From positions 272,747 through 336,746 of the forward strand of contig NW_005434620.1 in assembly GCF_000315625.1 (NCBI RefSeq): a DNA stretch of 64,000 nucleotides, in the 5' to 3' direction. Each line of letters opens with the position of its first letter. Position 1 is the stretch's first letter. Position numbers and translations under genes: made by a program. The DNA is from Guillardia theta CCMP2712. Lineage: Eukaryota; Protista; Cryptophyta. This document shows, in pieces, positions 52,044 through 64,000 of this stretch. The notes below the pieces were generated by a model, which searched no databases, had not been told where the DNA came from, and worked only from the letters and a program-made list of their open reading frames with translations.

Positions 52044-54724
52044 ATGGCTGGGGTTCTTGGGCTGATCAAGGGAGCCTACTCCTCCCTGCCTGAGATCAAT
52101 GGTGCGACTTTGAGTGGAGCAATAGACATCTTGGTGATAGAGCAGGTCAAGTCTTCTTGCCATCTTTGCAATGCTCGCTGAAATCTTGCAGGAGGACGGG
52201 AGTTTGCGTTCATCGCCCTGGCATCTCAGGATCGGCAAGTACAAGCTCTTAAGGAATCCGAGGGATAGAGCCATCAAGATCACAGTCAATGACCAGCTCG
52301 TTGACTTCGTCATGAAGCTCGGGAGTGGGGGAGAGGCTTACTTCGTGGAGGAGACGGACGTGAAGCCTTTGGAGGAGGAAATGACCTCACCCATCCTCTC
52401 TCCGAGATCTGACGAGGACGACAAGCCGCCAGACCTTGCTCTCGGCCCGTCGAAGCTGTCTGAGACGGAGGAATCGACCTCAGGTTACACTAGCCCATCG
52501 CCTACCTTGCGAGCTCTAGACGACAAGGACGAGCTGCCTGCGATGAGTTCAGCAGACCCGTCGAAGATGGTTTCGTCCTCCAGCTCTTCATGGTGGGGGG
52601 CACCTTGGTCGTCCAACAAGCCACAGGCAAGTTTGTGATAGTGTCTGTTGGACAGCTCACTTGGGTACAAGGTTGACAGTTTCGACATGGACGTTGAGGA
52701 CTACATATCAAGGCAGTTGACCGAGAACGCCTTATCCTTGCAAGGCGGAGCTGCTGAGATGAACATGGAAGACGTCAAGAAACTGATACTTGGAGAGGTT
52801 GTGAGAAGGTGATTCATGGTGATTTGCTGATTTGCTGATGATAGGAAACAAAACATGCGATGCAAGCAAGGCGAGTGCTGTCTGAAGAAGACTTTGCCGA
52901 TCAAGACATGAGTGCTGTCACGGGGCAAATCATTGAGAGTGAAGACCTCGAATATCAGCAACCTCTCGAACCCTTCCATTCTTTATCACAAACAGAGCTC
53001 GACGACAATGAGAAAACAGAGCTTGACGACAACGAGGACGTATCACTTTCGCCTTGCTACCCACAACAGTTTCCTCCGAGGGCTTAGTTGTTGGCAGGAA
53101 ACAATGTCCGATCCCTATGCAAACCCCGTCGAAGGAGCCGCGGAGAGCGAAGAAAACCAGAAGGTGCTTGTTGAGATTCGTCCATGGGAGGGTGATCCAA
53201 GTGTTGTGGCAGGAGGACCTTGTGGTCGAGGCTGTTGAGGCTGATGCCAATAAGGTCAGAGGACAAGAGTTAGGTGAGACGTGGAGCAAGCGGTGATGTT
53301 TGCAAGCAGTTTGCGCTGAAGAAAGAGGAGGAGTATGAAGAGGACGATTTCAACGACTCCAAGATGGAGTCAGAGCCCGTGACGAGGGAAGTCCTCCTGA
53401 AACTCCTGCTTAGTGGCCTCAACCACTCGGACTCAACGGTCTGGCATGAGGAGCAGACAGCAAGGAAACCCCCTCTCTTAGCTTCTGTGCAGGCGAGAAC
53501 GGATGAGATGGATCAGAGTGTCGAAGAGCTTCAGGGCCTGAGTCTCCGACAGTTCAAGATCTCCCTCTGCGGGAGGATCCTACAGCAGAGGGCAGACATG
53601 AGCAGGAAAGCTCAGATGGAGGTCAGGGCGGCGCTAGTTGGGCGTCCCGGCTTTGCGAGCTCACTGCGCGCTCCAGGCGTTTGAGAAGCATGTGGTGACG
53701 CTCGACCAGTTCCTCGCCAACCCTCTTGACATCGCAAGCTCCCCTGAGCTCTACGTCTCTGTCGACGGGGATGTGAGCAAAGGCAGCTCCTGCTACCTGC
53801 CCTCTGACTCACGTGCAGATCTATCGATGGCAGATCATGGCGCCGGCAGGTACCTCAGAGACAGTCTCGGAGGTCCTGCAGTGATGTAATAACGTGTCAG
53901 TCTTGTCCGCACTTGCGTTCAACCGCGAGCTTCCTTCGGAGATTCACCAGCAGGTGGGGGATGCTTTCTCAGCTTGATCGCTCCTCATGCCCCTCGCCCT
54001 TGCAGCTCGTTGCTCTTGACTCTCGATTCTCCATGTTCCACCATGAGCGGAAGGTGAATGTTGGGAGGAGGAGAGGAGAGCAAGATTGTTGACTGTTTGA
54101 AGAATGACGAGAAGGGGATCGAAGACATAGACGACAACCCACACATGCTGCTCCGCTTGTCATCCGACGACGACAGCGACATCCGAGCTCAGGTCGCTCG
54201 TGGTTGAAGTTTGACCCGAGCCGGGCTCCTGACGAGCTTGGAAGATGGGGGTTGCAAGGAAGTACTCCAAGAAGACTCTTACCCCGACACAAGAGCAGCT
54301 ATTGTCGCTCCCGTTGAGAGTGAGTGATCAGCGACTTGTTCAAACAACCTTGGCTCAGCGGCTAGCAGGACGGGCCCAACACTGTTCGATTCTACTTGTC
54401 CGAGAAGGTCGCGTCCTCCACGTGCCTTCATCTCATGCTGATCGCTTCATCCAGGCGTCAGTGCCTCCTGTCACAGCTTCTATCTTCCTGTGGACTTACA
54501 AGGTTGGAAGATCTTCACATAATGATTTCCGATCAAAACTTTCATTGCTGATCCGTTGTGAAGAGCAAGATTGTGATATCAGATGTCGACGGGACCATCA
54601 CAAAAAGTGATCTTCTTGGGTATGCTGCTCGGTCTGTGTCAAGGTTGTCTGATGGTATTGCTCTTCAGTCATATAGCGCCAGCATTTGGAATTCAATGGG
54701 CTCAAAAAGTATAGACCGATGTTG

Positions 54725-54755
<31 letters not shown>

Positions 54756-55887
54756 AAATTATGCGGTCATGCTGACGAAAACATCAGGGGGTTGCTCAAC
54801 TGTTGACCCGTATTCATCAGAACAGCTACAAGGTTTTCGACGATGAATCGCTTTCCCGCTCATCAATCTTTGTCGCAGATCCTCTATCTGACTGCTCGAC
54901 CGATTGGACAGGCTGATGCGACAAAGAGCTATCTTCAGAGGTAAGAGAGCTGCGCAGGAGATGATTCATACGTGTTGCAAAAGTGCTGAGTCTTTTCTGC
55001 TTCACTGCTCAACAGTGTTCACGAGAACGGCGTTCGGCTCCCGATCGGACCAGTCATCACCTCGCCTGATGGGATGATCAAAGTGACCATCTCGCATGCT
55101 ACCATCTCCAACCTCCTCACTCCTCCTGTCGACAGGCTGTTCATCGAGAGGTGATCATGCGGAAACCGGAAGAGTTCAAGGTGTTTCTGCCTCTTGCTCC
55201 TCGCCTGCATGTTTGTGACCATCGTACTCATCCCAGATCGAATGTCTCAGCACACTGCGCAAACTTTTCCCCTTGGACTCGCTCCCTTTCTATGCAGGTG
55301 AAATTCCTCGCAACTCTTTCCTGGTTTGATCCCATCATTGAAATGCTCTGCAAGGGTTCGGCAATCGTCCTACGGATGTTGTATCCTACCAGGCTGTCAA
55401 GATCCCTGACAGGTAGAGCAGACGTCGCTCGAAATTTCTCACACTGTCCTGTGCAGTCGTATAATGATCATCAACCCGCAAGGCGAAGTTCACATTCCCA
55501 TCAATCAGACACGCATCTCCTCATACGATGGTGACATTCCTACGTCTTGCTATCTTCAAACTTTCGTTGAATTTCCTGCCAGGTCTGCGTGAGCTATGTG
55601 ACCTCATGTTCCCTCCTGTGGTCGAGGAAAGAGAGGTCGTTTCCATTCCCTCCCTTCCCCCCTCCCTCCTTCCCTCTCTCCCCCCTCCCTCGTTCCCTCG
55701 ATTCGTGCCGTCTTTTTGTCCTTCACTTTGTCCTCGTCCTCCACCGTCTCCTTCACTTTGTCCTCGTCCTCCACCGTCTCCTCTTCTCCCTCCCCTTTCT
55801 CTCTCACGAAGTCGGCAGGTCACCGATGAACAGTTCAATGCCTACAACTACTGGAAGCTCGAGCCCTTCCCTGCGATCTCCGCATGA
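52044..55887 (+). CDS. PAH1: Lipin / phosphatidate phosphatase (PAH1 family)
   Basis: N-LIP: INGATLSGAIDILVIEQ|EDGSLRSSPWHLRIGK...MKLGSGGEAYFVEE. C-LIP: SKIVISDVDGTITKSDLLG (DxDxT), ILYLTARPIGQA, EVIMRKPEEFK, GFGNRPTD, FNAYNYWK. Confidence 0.95.
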
Positions 55888-56099
55888 GATTTTCACTTGT
55901 GTATTTACATCAATGAAAAAAACTCCCAATTCTCTGAAAGCAATCACAGTGTATTGACATGATATTGCTAAATCAGTCAAGGTTGCTTTACAAGAATCCT
56001 GCATTCCTTCTAATGTATAGTTTGTTCAGAAATGATCGAATGACAATCAGGGGAGTGACTTATTAGATTACATGGCTATGGCGCTGCAAACTAGGAATC

Positions 56100-56989
56100 A
56101 TCTTCATCTGATTCTTCACCTTCTGAGCTCAACGTCGAACTCTCGTCAGCAGCTACACTTGAAATGTCTTCCCTATTGTCCGACTTTGCCTGTCTCGGTC
56201 TGCAAACAACAGCATAAGCACGACCGCACAAAACTCTTGCATAGATGATCTACTTGTACGGTTGGATAGGTTGGATAGGAATGAAAGAAGCCACCAACTC
56301 CTCGATCAGTCCCATCCCGTCCATTCCTGCACAGCTAGGGTCAAGGATAACAGCTACTTGCCCCCAAAATCCACCGCTCAATTTGTCAGGATGGAGCACT
56401 GGCGGCTGCTGGGGTGCGCAGCATTAGTCAGCTCAAGGAATTGTCATGCAGACGTCAGCAACCGACGAGCTGGTCCAGAAGGGGTTCCAAGAGTCCGAAG
56501 GTCTTTCTGCGAGGAGTGATCAGTGCGATCCCTTGAGCTCTTCCTGCATTGCCAGTGAAGGAGATGGCCCGAGGGACTCGACCCAAAACTTCATGTTCAT
56601 CTACTCCGTTCTCCATAGCCTTCCTCGCGTGAATCTGCCAGCACAGGCAGAGGAACGGTTTGTCAATGGTGCGATGTTGCATCATGATACATTGGATCAT
56701 ACCATGGTTGGTTTCCAGTTCTTTCCTTCGAGTTCTATGCTTGCAAGCATCGTATCGGGATGGAGCCTGGTGCCTATATGTTTACAGCTTTCAATGTCGG
56801 GGGAATTTCTCCATACAGATGAGTCTTCTTGTCCTCCTTGGCTATTCGTTTCAGAGCTTCCGCCATCTTCAGCTGCTGAGCTCGCTTCGAATCAGGATCG
56901 AGTTTGCCTGCTAAGACATGATGGATCGTGCAGGCTGTTAGGTTGCATGTGTTACCAGCGCCATCACTCCTCGAGCTCGATGACCGCAT
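56100..56989 (-). CDS. Hypothetical multi-exon protein (boundaries uncertain)
   Basis: Exon-like segments KLDPDSKRAQQLKMAEALKRIAKEDKK and IHARKAMENGVDEHEVLG separated by short GT-AG intervals. Confidence 0.35.
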
Positions 56990-57284
56990 TCTGCTCGCAG
57001 ATCGTTCGGAGGATCAGAAACCTAGTCTGTCTGTGCTCGTTCTTGTTCCTTGTCTCTAGATCGTCTTCAAGTTGCCTTGCTCCAGCTCGTTTCTCCACGC
57101 TAACCAGCGATTTGACTTTCCGTTACATATCCGTTTCAGAAGACCTACGTCGACTTTTCTCCACCCCCTGATGAAGCCGAGAATGTACGGGTGATCGAAT
57201 CCAACATTATTTCCGTTACTCTAGCAGCCCTTTTCATGTAACTGACAATTAAGTCCATTGTTATATATTTAGTTTGTTAATATC

Positions 57285-58022
57285 ATGGCGACGCAGGATG
57301 TAGGAATGGGGGTCAGGATCAAGACAGGGAGGAGCGTCCACTTCGATCCTGAGAACGTCCAGTTGTTCATCAATGCGCTCTTGAACCTTCAGAAGTCCAG
57401 GCAGGGCGCTCGCGTGCTCGACTTGGGCTGCGGCACTGGGCTGTGGGGTCTGCTGGCCTCCAAGATCTTGAACCCCTCCATCCTTGTAATGGTTGACAAC
57501 GATCCCTGCTCTGTCGAACTCGCCAGGAATAATGCTGCAAGCAATGAAATCGTTTGTGAGACTTATTGCGGAGACTTGTACCAGGCCATCCCTGCTGATA
57601 TCCCTCCGTTCGATGTCGTTCTTTGCAATCCGCCACAAACAGGTGGGCCGCTGCGTCTCAAGGAGGAGAGGCCAGATAAATACGGTGGGGAGGATGGGGC
57701 AGATTTCTTTGACTTGCTTGCGAGAGACTCGGGGGGTTGGATCGCCGATGGAGGCTGTATCATCTTCTCGCAGCACGGACTAGCGCACCCAAAGAGGGTA
57801 CTCGATAGTTTCCATTCACGGGGCTACTCCCTCAGAATCATCGCAGAGCAAGAGAGGGTGTTTGAAAGAGACGCCGTCAATGCGGCGTGTGAAGGACTTT
57901 GGGAGTATCAGCTGAAAGCTGAGAAAGAGGGGCGGGCGGAGCTGGAGCTGAGCGGGGAACGGTGCTTCACTTCATGGCAGAGGGTTTACTTGGCAAGCAG
58001 GGATGGGTTTGCAAGCAATTGA
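57285..58022 (+). CDS. Class I SAM-dependent methyltransferase (MTS/HemK-like fold, NPPQ motif), intronless
   Basis: VLDLGCGTG (motif I), MVDNDPCSVELARNNA, GDLY, FDVVLCNPPQ (motif IV), GGEDGADFF. Confidence 0.9.
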   Translation: MATQDVGMGVRIKTGRSVHFDPENVQLFINALLNLQKSRQGARVLDLGCGTGLWGLLASKILNPSILVMVDNDPCSVELARNNAASNEIVCETYCGDLYQAIPADIPPFDVVLCNPPQTGGPLRLKEERPDKYGGEDGADFFDLLARDSGGWIADGGCIIFSQHGLAHPKRVLDSFHSRGYSLRIIAEQERVFERDAVNAACEGLWEYQLKAEKEGRAELELSGERCFTSWQRVYLASRDGFASN

Positions 58023-58816
58023 TGATGTTTTCCTCATTCATTGTTTGGTTTCATTTTTTTCAGTCTCAAAGTATGTCTAAAAAGCATATGCAGACATGCT
58101 GTACTTCTCCATCACGATGTACCTGGCATCTCTGCTATGTACCTGTGCAGAAGTAGCAGTAGTGATTGCAATTGTATGTATGTAAAGAGATCAGTTGATT
58201 GTCTTGAATCATCGATTGAAACATGTCCGTTGATCAATACTTCTCAGAGTCCGCATGGTTGTACAAGGTTTACATGCGATGGGACCCTTTCGGGCGTTCA
58301 AGGATGGTGGATTTTCACAGCGTCTCTCCACGTGACTTGCTGGAAGAAAACCTCTCTCCACACCATCTCTTCCCCTCCCTGTTCGATCCTGCCCTCCTGC
58401 CTGCTGCCCTCCTGCCCTCCTGCCCTCCTGCCCTCCTGCCCTCCTGACCTCCTGCCCTCCTGACCTCTTGCCCCCCTTCTTGTTTCCTCTACCCTTCCTC
58501 CTCTCAGCAGAAAATCTCAAAATCTCGCAATCGCTTTTGTGCTTTTTATTATTATTTATTGACTCTGAAAAAGGAAAGGCAAACCGGAGCAAACAAGCTT
58601 TTGTAAAAACAAAACGGCGGTCAATATGAAAGGCCGGTCAATCAAACCAGCCATCGATGGCGAACAGGACGGGCGGGAAACAATCGCTCCTGCTCCTGCA
58701 AGGCTGATAGCGCCTCTCCCTCTGCTCCCACAGAGACAGCTAACGACCTCCTCTCGTACTCCATGACACGCTGAGCACGGGGCTCGGGGCTGCGACACAG
58801 GACGGGCGGCACAAGG

Positions 58817-61800
58817 ATGGCAGAAGAAATTGCAGTGGAGGGCAAGCGAGCGCCATTGCAAGAGGGCAAGAAGCGCAAGAAGAAGTCGAAGCTGAATCGC
58901 TTCCGAAACTTCGTCAAGGTGAAGGAGCAGAGGAGACTTGAGCCCGCCGCTGACCTTGCCTGCAGACCAGGTTCATCGAGACGTCGATCTTCGAGGGGAT
59001 CGTCTCGGTCTCTGTTCTCGCCTACTCTGCTGCGCTCGCCACAGACGACGTCCTATCCACCTGGAGGAACCTTACGAGTAGAATGGAGGTCATCCTGTGA
59101 TGGCGATTCCATCCTGCCCCGCTGACTGTCTTCCCCCCCCAGATCAGCAAGTCGGCGTTCTACTACTGTTTCGTCATCTTCAACTTCGAGGCAGCTTTCA
59201 AGATCTTCGTGTACGGTCTATGGAAGAAGAACTCAGAGGAAGAGAGCCGTTCGAAGCCCCAGGTGCTCAAAGAGAAAAAGATCCACCAGATCCAAACCAT
59301 CTTCAACCTGCTGGACTCGAAAGACACCGGCACCATCAACTTCGCTCAGTTCCGAGCAGGCCTGCGGGCCCTGGAGCTCGAGATGAAGGAGACGGATAGC
59401 AAGAGACTGTTTGAGACGCTCGACGACGGCCATGGCGTCGAGGTGGAGGAGTTCACAGAGGTGAGAGGGAGGAGCGAGAGGAGGGAGGCGTGTGTACCCT
59501 GACAGGGGTCCCTCCAGCTCGTCAAGAAGGCCATGAGCATGCAGCCTAGGTCGAAGAGCTACTTCCAGAACTACTGGAACATATTCGACTTCTTCGCCCT
59601 CCTCGCGCAGTGGGCGGCGGTGATCACCCGGTTCCGCATGATGGCGGTCACGATCAGAGGGTACGACCCCTCGGTGGAGGTCCTGCTAGTCGGCAAGATC
59701 TTTGTCCTCCTCAAGCTGGTCAAGCTGCTGTGCTGGAAGGAGAGCCTCTTCGATTGGCTCATGGTGCTGCCGCACACAGCGCAGTCGATGCGGTACGTCA
59801 TCTTCCTCATCTCAGTCATCGTCCTCGTCTACTCCGAGCTCGCCATGAACTTGTTCGGGATTGACGGGAGTCTGAATGCTAAGTGCGTGGTCTCCCCCGA
59901 CAATGTCATTGCGATGGAGTACGATGAGCTGCATTGGAACAAGAGCAGCACCTTCGGAGAGCTTGAGGTGATCTTGTCTTGCATCACTGACTGATCAGTG
60001 ATGCCCTTCTCTCCTCTCTTTCCTGGTCCTCAGGTGCCGTTGAGAGTCTGCAGTACTGGAGACAGCGTTTTCGGCAAGTCAAACAACTGCGAACGTCCAG
60101 GTTTCGTCTGCTCGTGCAAACCGCCGGCGTCCAATCTCTCCGACAGGGAATATCTCATTGACCACCCAGGTGAGCATTTCGCTGAAGATTCTCATGAAGC
60201 TTTTTGAATTTTCTCGAACAGGTTGCATGAGAAGTGAAGTCGGGTATATGGGAAGGATCAATGACGGCAGCCCAAGCCTGCCGAAATACGGATATCTCGG
60301 GTTTTCAAACATCGGCACGGCATCGTTGACAACCTTCACGGTAACTGACACTTGATCGATTTGAAGATTGGTAGTGTGACGAGGATGATGTTGATGATGA
60401 TGTTTGTTGAGATAATGATGATGAACACGATTATGACAATGTTCATGAACAAGATCATAGTCATGATTGCAATGACAATTGTGATAATGATGACGACGAC
60501 CACACGACAATTATTCACATGACAGTGATTCGAATCGTTGTTGTTGTCTTGTGTGTTGTCGTAGAGGATTGTAGATTGTAGATTGAGCCGCCACATGCCG
60601 AGACCATGACAGAGAGCCTTTTATAGCTCATGTGCGAGAGCGACTTCTCGGACCTGCTCCGATACATCTCCGACGGCTACGACTCTGTCACCGCCTGGCT
60701 TTTCGTCTTCTCCCTCGCCGTCCTCTCCCGCTTCGTACTCTTCGGCCTTCCCAAGGCAGTCGTCACGAGCTCTTGGATCGATATCAAGAGGGAGCGGCAG
60801 GAGATAATCAGCAAGAGGCTGCAGGACAAGGAGGATGACAAGTACATCCAGGAGATCAAGGCCAGGGCTCTGAAGGAGGAGGTGGTGGTCGCCTCCGACA
60901 GCAGGAAGCAGTACATGAGGGAAGCGATTATGCGGCGGCTGGCCAACAACGATCCGACGCAGCTCACTGCAGAGATTCGCAACGTTTTCAACCTCTTCGA
61001 CGATGATGGGTCTGGAGAGCTGGAGGCCCAAGAGATTATGGCGGCCTTTCGCAGGCTTGGGTTGGAGATCACCATGGAGGAAGCGCAGGAGATGGTGGAC
61101 GAAGCAGACGCAGATGGGAACGGTGAGGAGAGGAGGAGGAGGAGGAGGAGGAGGAGAGTGGAGGGAGGGAAGAGGGTGAGAGTGAGAGGAGGAGGAAGGG
61201 GAAGGGAAAAGGGCTGAGGATGAGGAAGGAGGAAAAGGGAAAGGGACGAAGAACAAGAGAGGGTGAGATGGAGGTTTTGACATAGTGTACAGGTGTGGTT
61301 GACTGCGACGAGGTACGTGAGAGGAGTCGAACAGTGTTGTGAGGAAGAAGAATTCTGATTCTCTTCCCCCGCAGTTTGTGGAGATGGTGAAGAATTATCT
61401 CGTCCAGAATGAGAACGGCGAGGTGGAGGAAGAGGAGTCTCAGCATGAGGAGGAGGTGGAACAGGATGACGTGGTGGTCAAGAAGTGTTTGTTTGGCAAC
61501 ATAGAGCTGCGCAGAAAACCTCTTGGGCCCTTTCAGATCCTCCTGTCAAACATGTGAGTTCACATCAATCCAGCGACTCGATTTACTGATCATTTCGGTC
61601 CTTTTGTGCTCCTGTTCTTTTTCTGTGCTTTCGATTGCGATTTCTCCCGTCCATTTCTTCCTGTTTGTCATTGTACCTTGTTATGCTTTCCCATCTCGTG
61701 ACGTTCCCTCTCCCTTCCCATCTCTCCTCCCCTCTCCTCCCCTCTCCTCTCATCTCGTCTCCTCTCCCCTCCTCTCCCCTCCTCTCCTCTCCTCTCCTCT

Positions 61801-64000
61801 CCTCTCCTCTCCTCTCCTCTCCTCTCCTCACCCTCCCCTCCTGTCTCTATCTCCCCAGACTGTACTTTCCTCGCCAGATCGACGAGTGCGGCGACCCGGT
61901 CGACGACAAGATCATACTGGAAGCTGACATGCGTAACATCGACATCAAGTTCGGTCCTGAGATGGGGCAGTGGAGCATCTTTGCGTCCAAGGGAGGAGTA
62001 TCTATGATGGAACTGGACGAGAAGGGGAAGGAGAAAAGAATTGTGATTCCTGCTGGCTCCATGATCCCAGACGGGATCGGATACTCCAAGAACACTGGCA
62101 GGGCAGATCTGGTCGCGTTTGTGGGGAAGTTTGACAAGAAGCATGACGAGCATACAAGGAAGGTTAAGGAGTTGCTGAACAACACACTCATACGAACTCC
62201 CTACATGGAGATGTTCGTGGGAGGTTGCATCGTGCTCAACACGGTCTCGATGACATTGGATCACTTCAGCGGAGAAATTGACATGAGCTGCAACGATCGT
62301 TACAGATGCCCTCAGGTTTCAAGTTCTCCCTCGCTCCCTCCACATCCACTCCAAGCCTACTACTCGCTGCTCATCTTCTCTCCTCTCCGCTCTCCTCCTC
62401 CTCCCCACTCTTTGCTCCTCCTCCTCCTGCCATGTTTTTCAGTGCGACCGTGTTTTCATTTTCATTCAGACTTTGCACTTCTTCCCCTCTTTATTTTCCC
62501 AACCTCCTACAACTCGTTGTCTCCTTGCTATGCCTCCCTTCTTTTTCTATTCCTTCAGCCTTATCACCTGACTCCTCCTAATCTCTTGTGTCAGAACATC
62601 GTGGTCATGCCAAAGCTCTTGGATCAGATCTTAAGTTTGTCCAACCTTCTCTTCAACCTGATCTTCACCGCTGAGGTATGTCTTGAGTTTCAATGCGCAT
62701 GTCTTTGTTTCTTGCTCCCTCTCCCTTGCTCACTTGCTCTCTCCTCCTTGCTTCCACTCCCACTCTCCCACACACTGTTTTCTCCCTCCTGCTCCCTCCG
62801 ACTCTTCTCTTCTCATCAACTCGCGCACAGGCAGTCATCAAGATCCTTGCTCTGGGCTTCACTCGCTACATCACTGACACAACAAACGTGATTGATCTCA
62901 CCCTCGTTGCCATCAGCGACCTGTCAAACTTCCTGCAGTACGTCTTCAATGGCCTCAACATTAGCATCTTACGAATCATCCGCTTCCTCCGCATCATCCG
63001 CCTCGTCAACCGCTTTCGAAGGCTCCGAATCCTCTTTGCTAAGTTGACGGAATCTTTCGTTTCTCTGGGTGACGTTGTCTTCGTTTCCTTCTGGTTCCTG
63101 GGAGTAGCAGCCATCGTCGGTATGCAGATCTTCCCATGTCGAGTGAGGCTACGGCCGGAGCAATGTGCAGACGATGTCAAGGACGAGTTCGGACAGTGTC
63201 CTCTCTTTCCCACCGATTGTGATCACCACGAGAACTGCCCGATCTTCTATCATTGCTCCTTCGATGTTCGGAAGAACTACAACACCTTCTGGCGGTCCCT
63301 CGCAACAACCCTCGTCTTCATCACTGATAGCAACTGGCTGGACATCATGTACGCCGGCATGCGACACTATAAGATACCCATAGGCGGCGTCTTCTTCTTT
63401 CTCACCCTGTACTGTCTCTTCTCCTACTTCATCCTCGTCCTCTTCACAGCGATCTTGATCGAGAACTTCGACACGACTGACTACGAGAAGGAGCAGCTGC
63501 AGGTGAGCATGTTCCGCGTGAGAGCCATGCAAGCTCTGAAAGAGCAGCAAGCCAAGCTGATCCGAAACAGAGATAAGAGGAGCGAAGGAATTGTTATCAG
63601 GGACGAGCATGACAGCGATGACGACGACGAAGGGGAAGAAGGAGGAGGAGGAAAAGTTCAGGGAAGGGCCGGAGAAGACATCCTGGACATAGTCCGACAT
63701 CTTGAAAAAGACGACAAGAACCAAGACAGAGATCTCCCAGCGGTCAAGATCTTTGGCTGCCTCCAACCTCCCGCAAACAATAATATCCGCCAAGTCGCTC
63801 GATCCATCAGGACCAACAAGTGGTTCGACGTGCTGATCCTCTGCACTATCATCCTCTCTTGCATCATGCTCGCTCTCGACTCGCCCATAGAAGAGAACAT
63901 GGTGATCAAACCGCAGAACGTCCTCAAGGTCGAGTACGCTCTCTTCACTATGTTCTCCCTCGAGTTCCTCGTCAAAGTGCTTGACCACGGCTTCTACTGG
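58817..64000 (+). CDS. Multi-domain voltage-gated Ca/Na channel family alpha subunit with EF-hand insertions; 3' part outside window
   Basis: Domain I: FEAAFKIFVYGL...YFQNYWNIFDF...LAMNLFG...GFSNIGTASLTTF. Domain II: IFTAE, S4 LRIIRFLRIIRLVNRFRRLR, GMQIF, LFTAILIENF. Domain III start: NKWFDVLILCTIILSCIMLALDSP...FSLEFLVKVLDHGF. Confidence 0.92.

Noticed and set aside
58817-63500. Calling the channel a two-pore channel (TPC) because of linker EF-hands
   Set aside because: A third S1-S2 segment begins at ~63800, so it has more than two domains.

Overview
Gene-dense, intron-rich eukaryotic nuclear scaffold with one 100-N assembly gap. Short (~50 nt) introns, long GA/CT-rich low-complexity introns, GC-rich codon usage and a bipartite plastid-targeting presequence point to a cryptophyte alga of the Guillardia theta type; the organism is inferred, not verified. 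I spliced about 20 genes by eye. In order: a PHD/PZP chromatin reader (cut by the left edge), a coiled-coil protein, an AT-richer gene ending in a GIY-YIG-like nuclease domain, a thylakoid-lumen-targeted protein, RBM18, an LRR+FAM194-like protein, and a head-to-head pair of near-identical HTH genes. These are followed by a plant-like/marine-type cryptochrome-photolyase, an acylation-motif LRR protein, an RCC1-repeat protein, an ankyrin protein, a C2+cNMP-binding protein, a BCS1-like AAA ATPase, lipin/PAH1, an intronless NPPQ methyltransferase, and a multi-domain Cav/Nav-type channel (cut by the right edge). Most notable: (1) the inverted HTH gene pair, built of two near-identical blocks around a non-homologous central cassette and flanking a shared 1.3-kb spacer, which is a potentially invertible or gene-converting unit; (2) the channel with EF-hand pairs in the domain I S2-S3 loop and the I-II linker and an atypical selectivity filter; (3) the orphan GIY-YIG gene; (4) non-canonical introns (several GC-AG, one GA-AG candidate) and recurring intergenic motifs. 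Exon boundaries and domain calls rest on motif recognition only; no searches were run.
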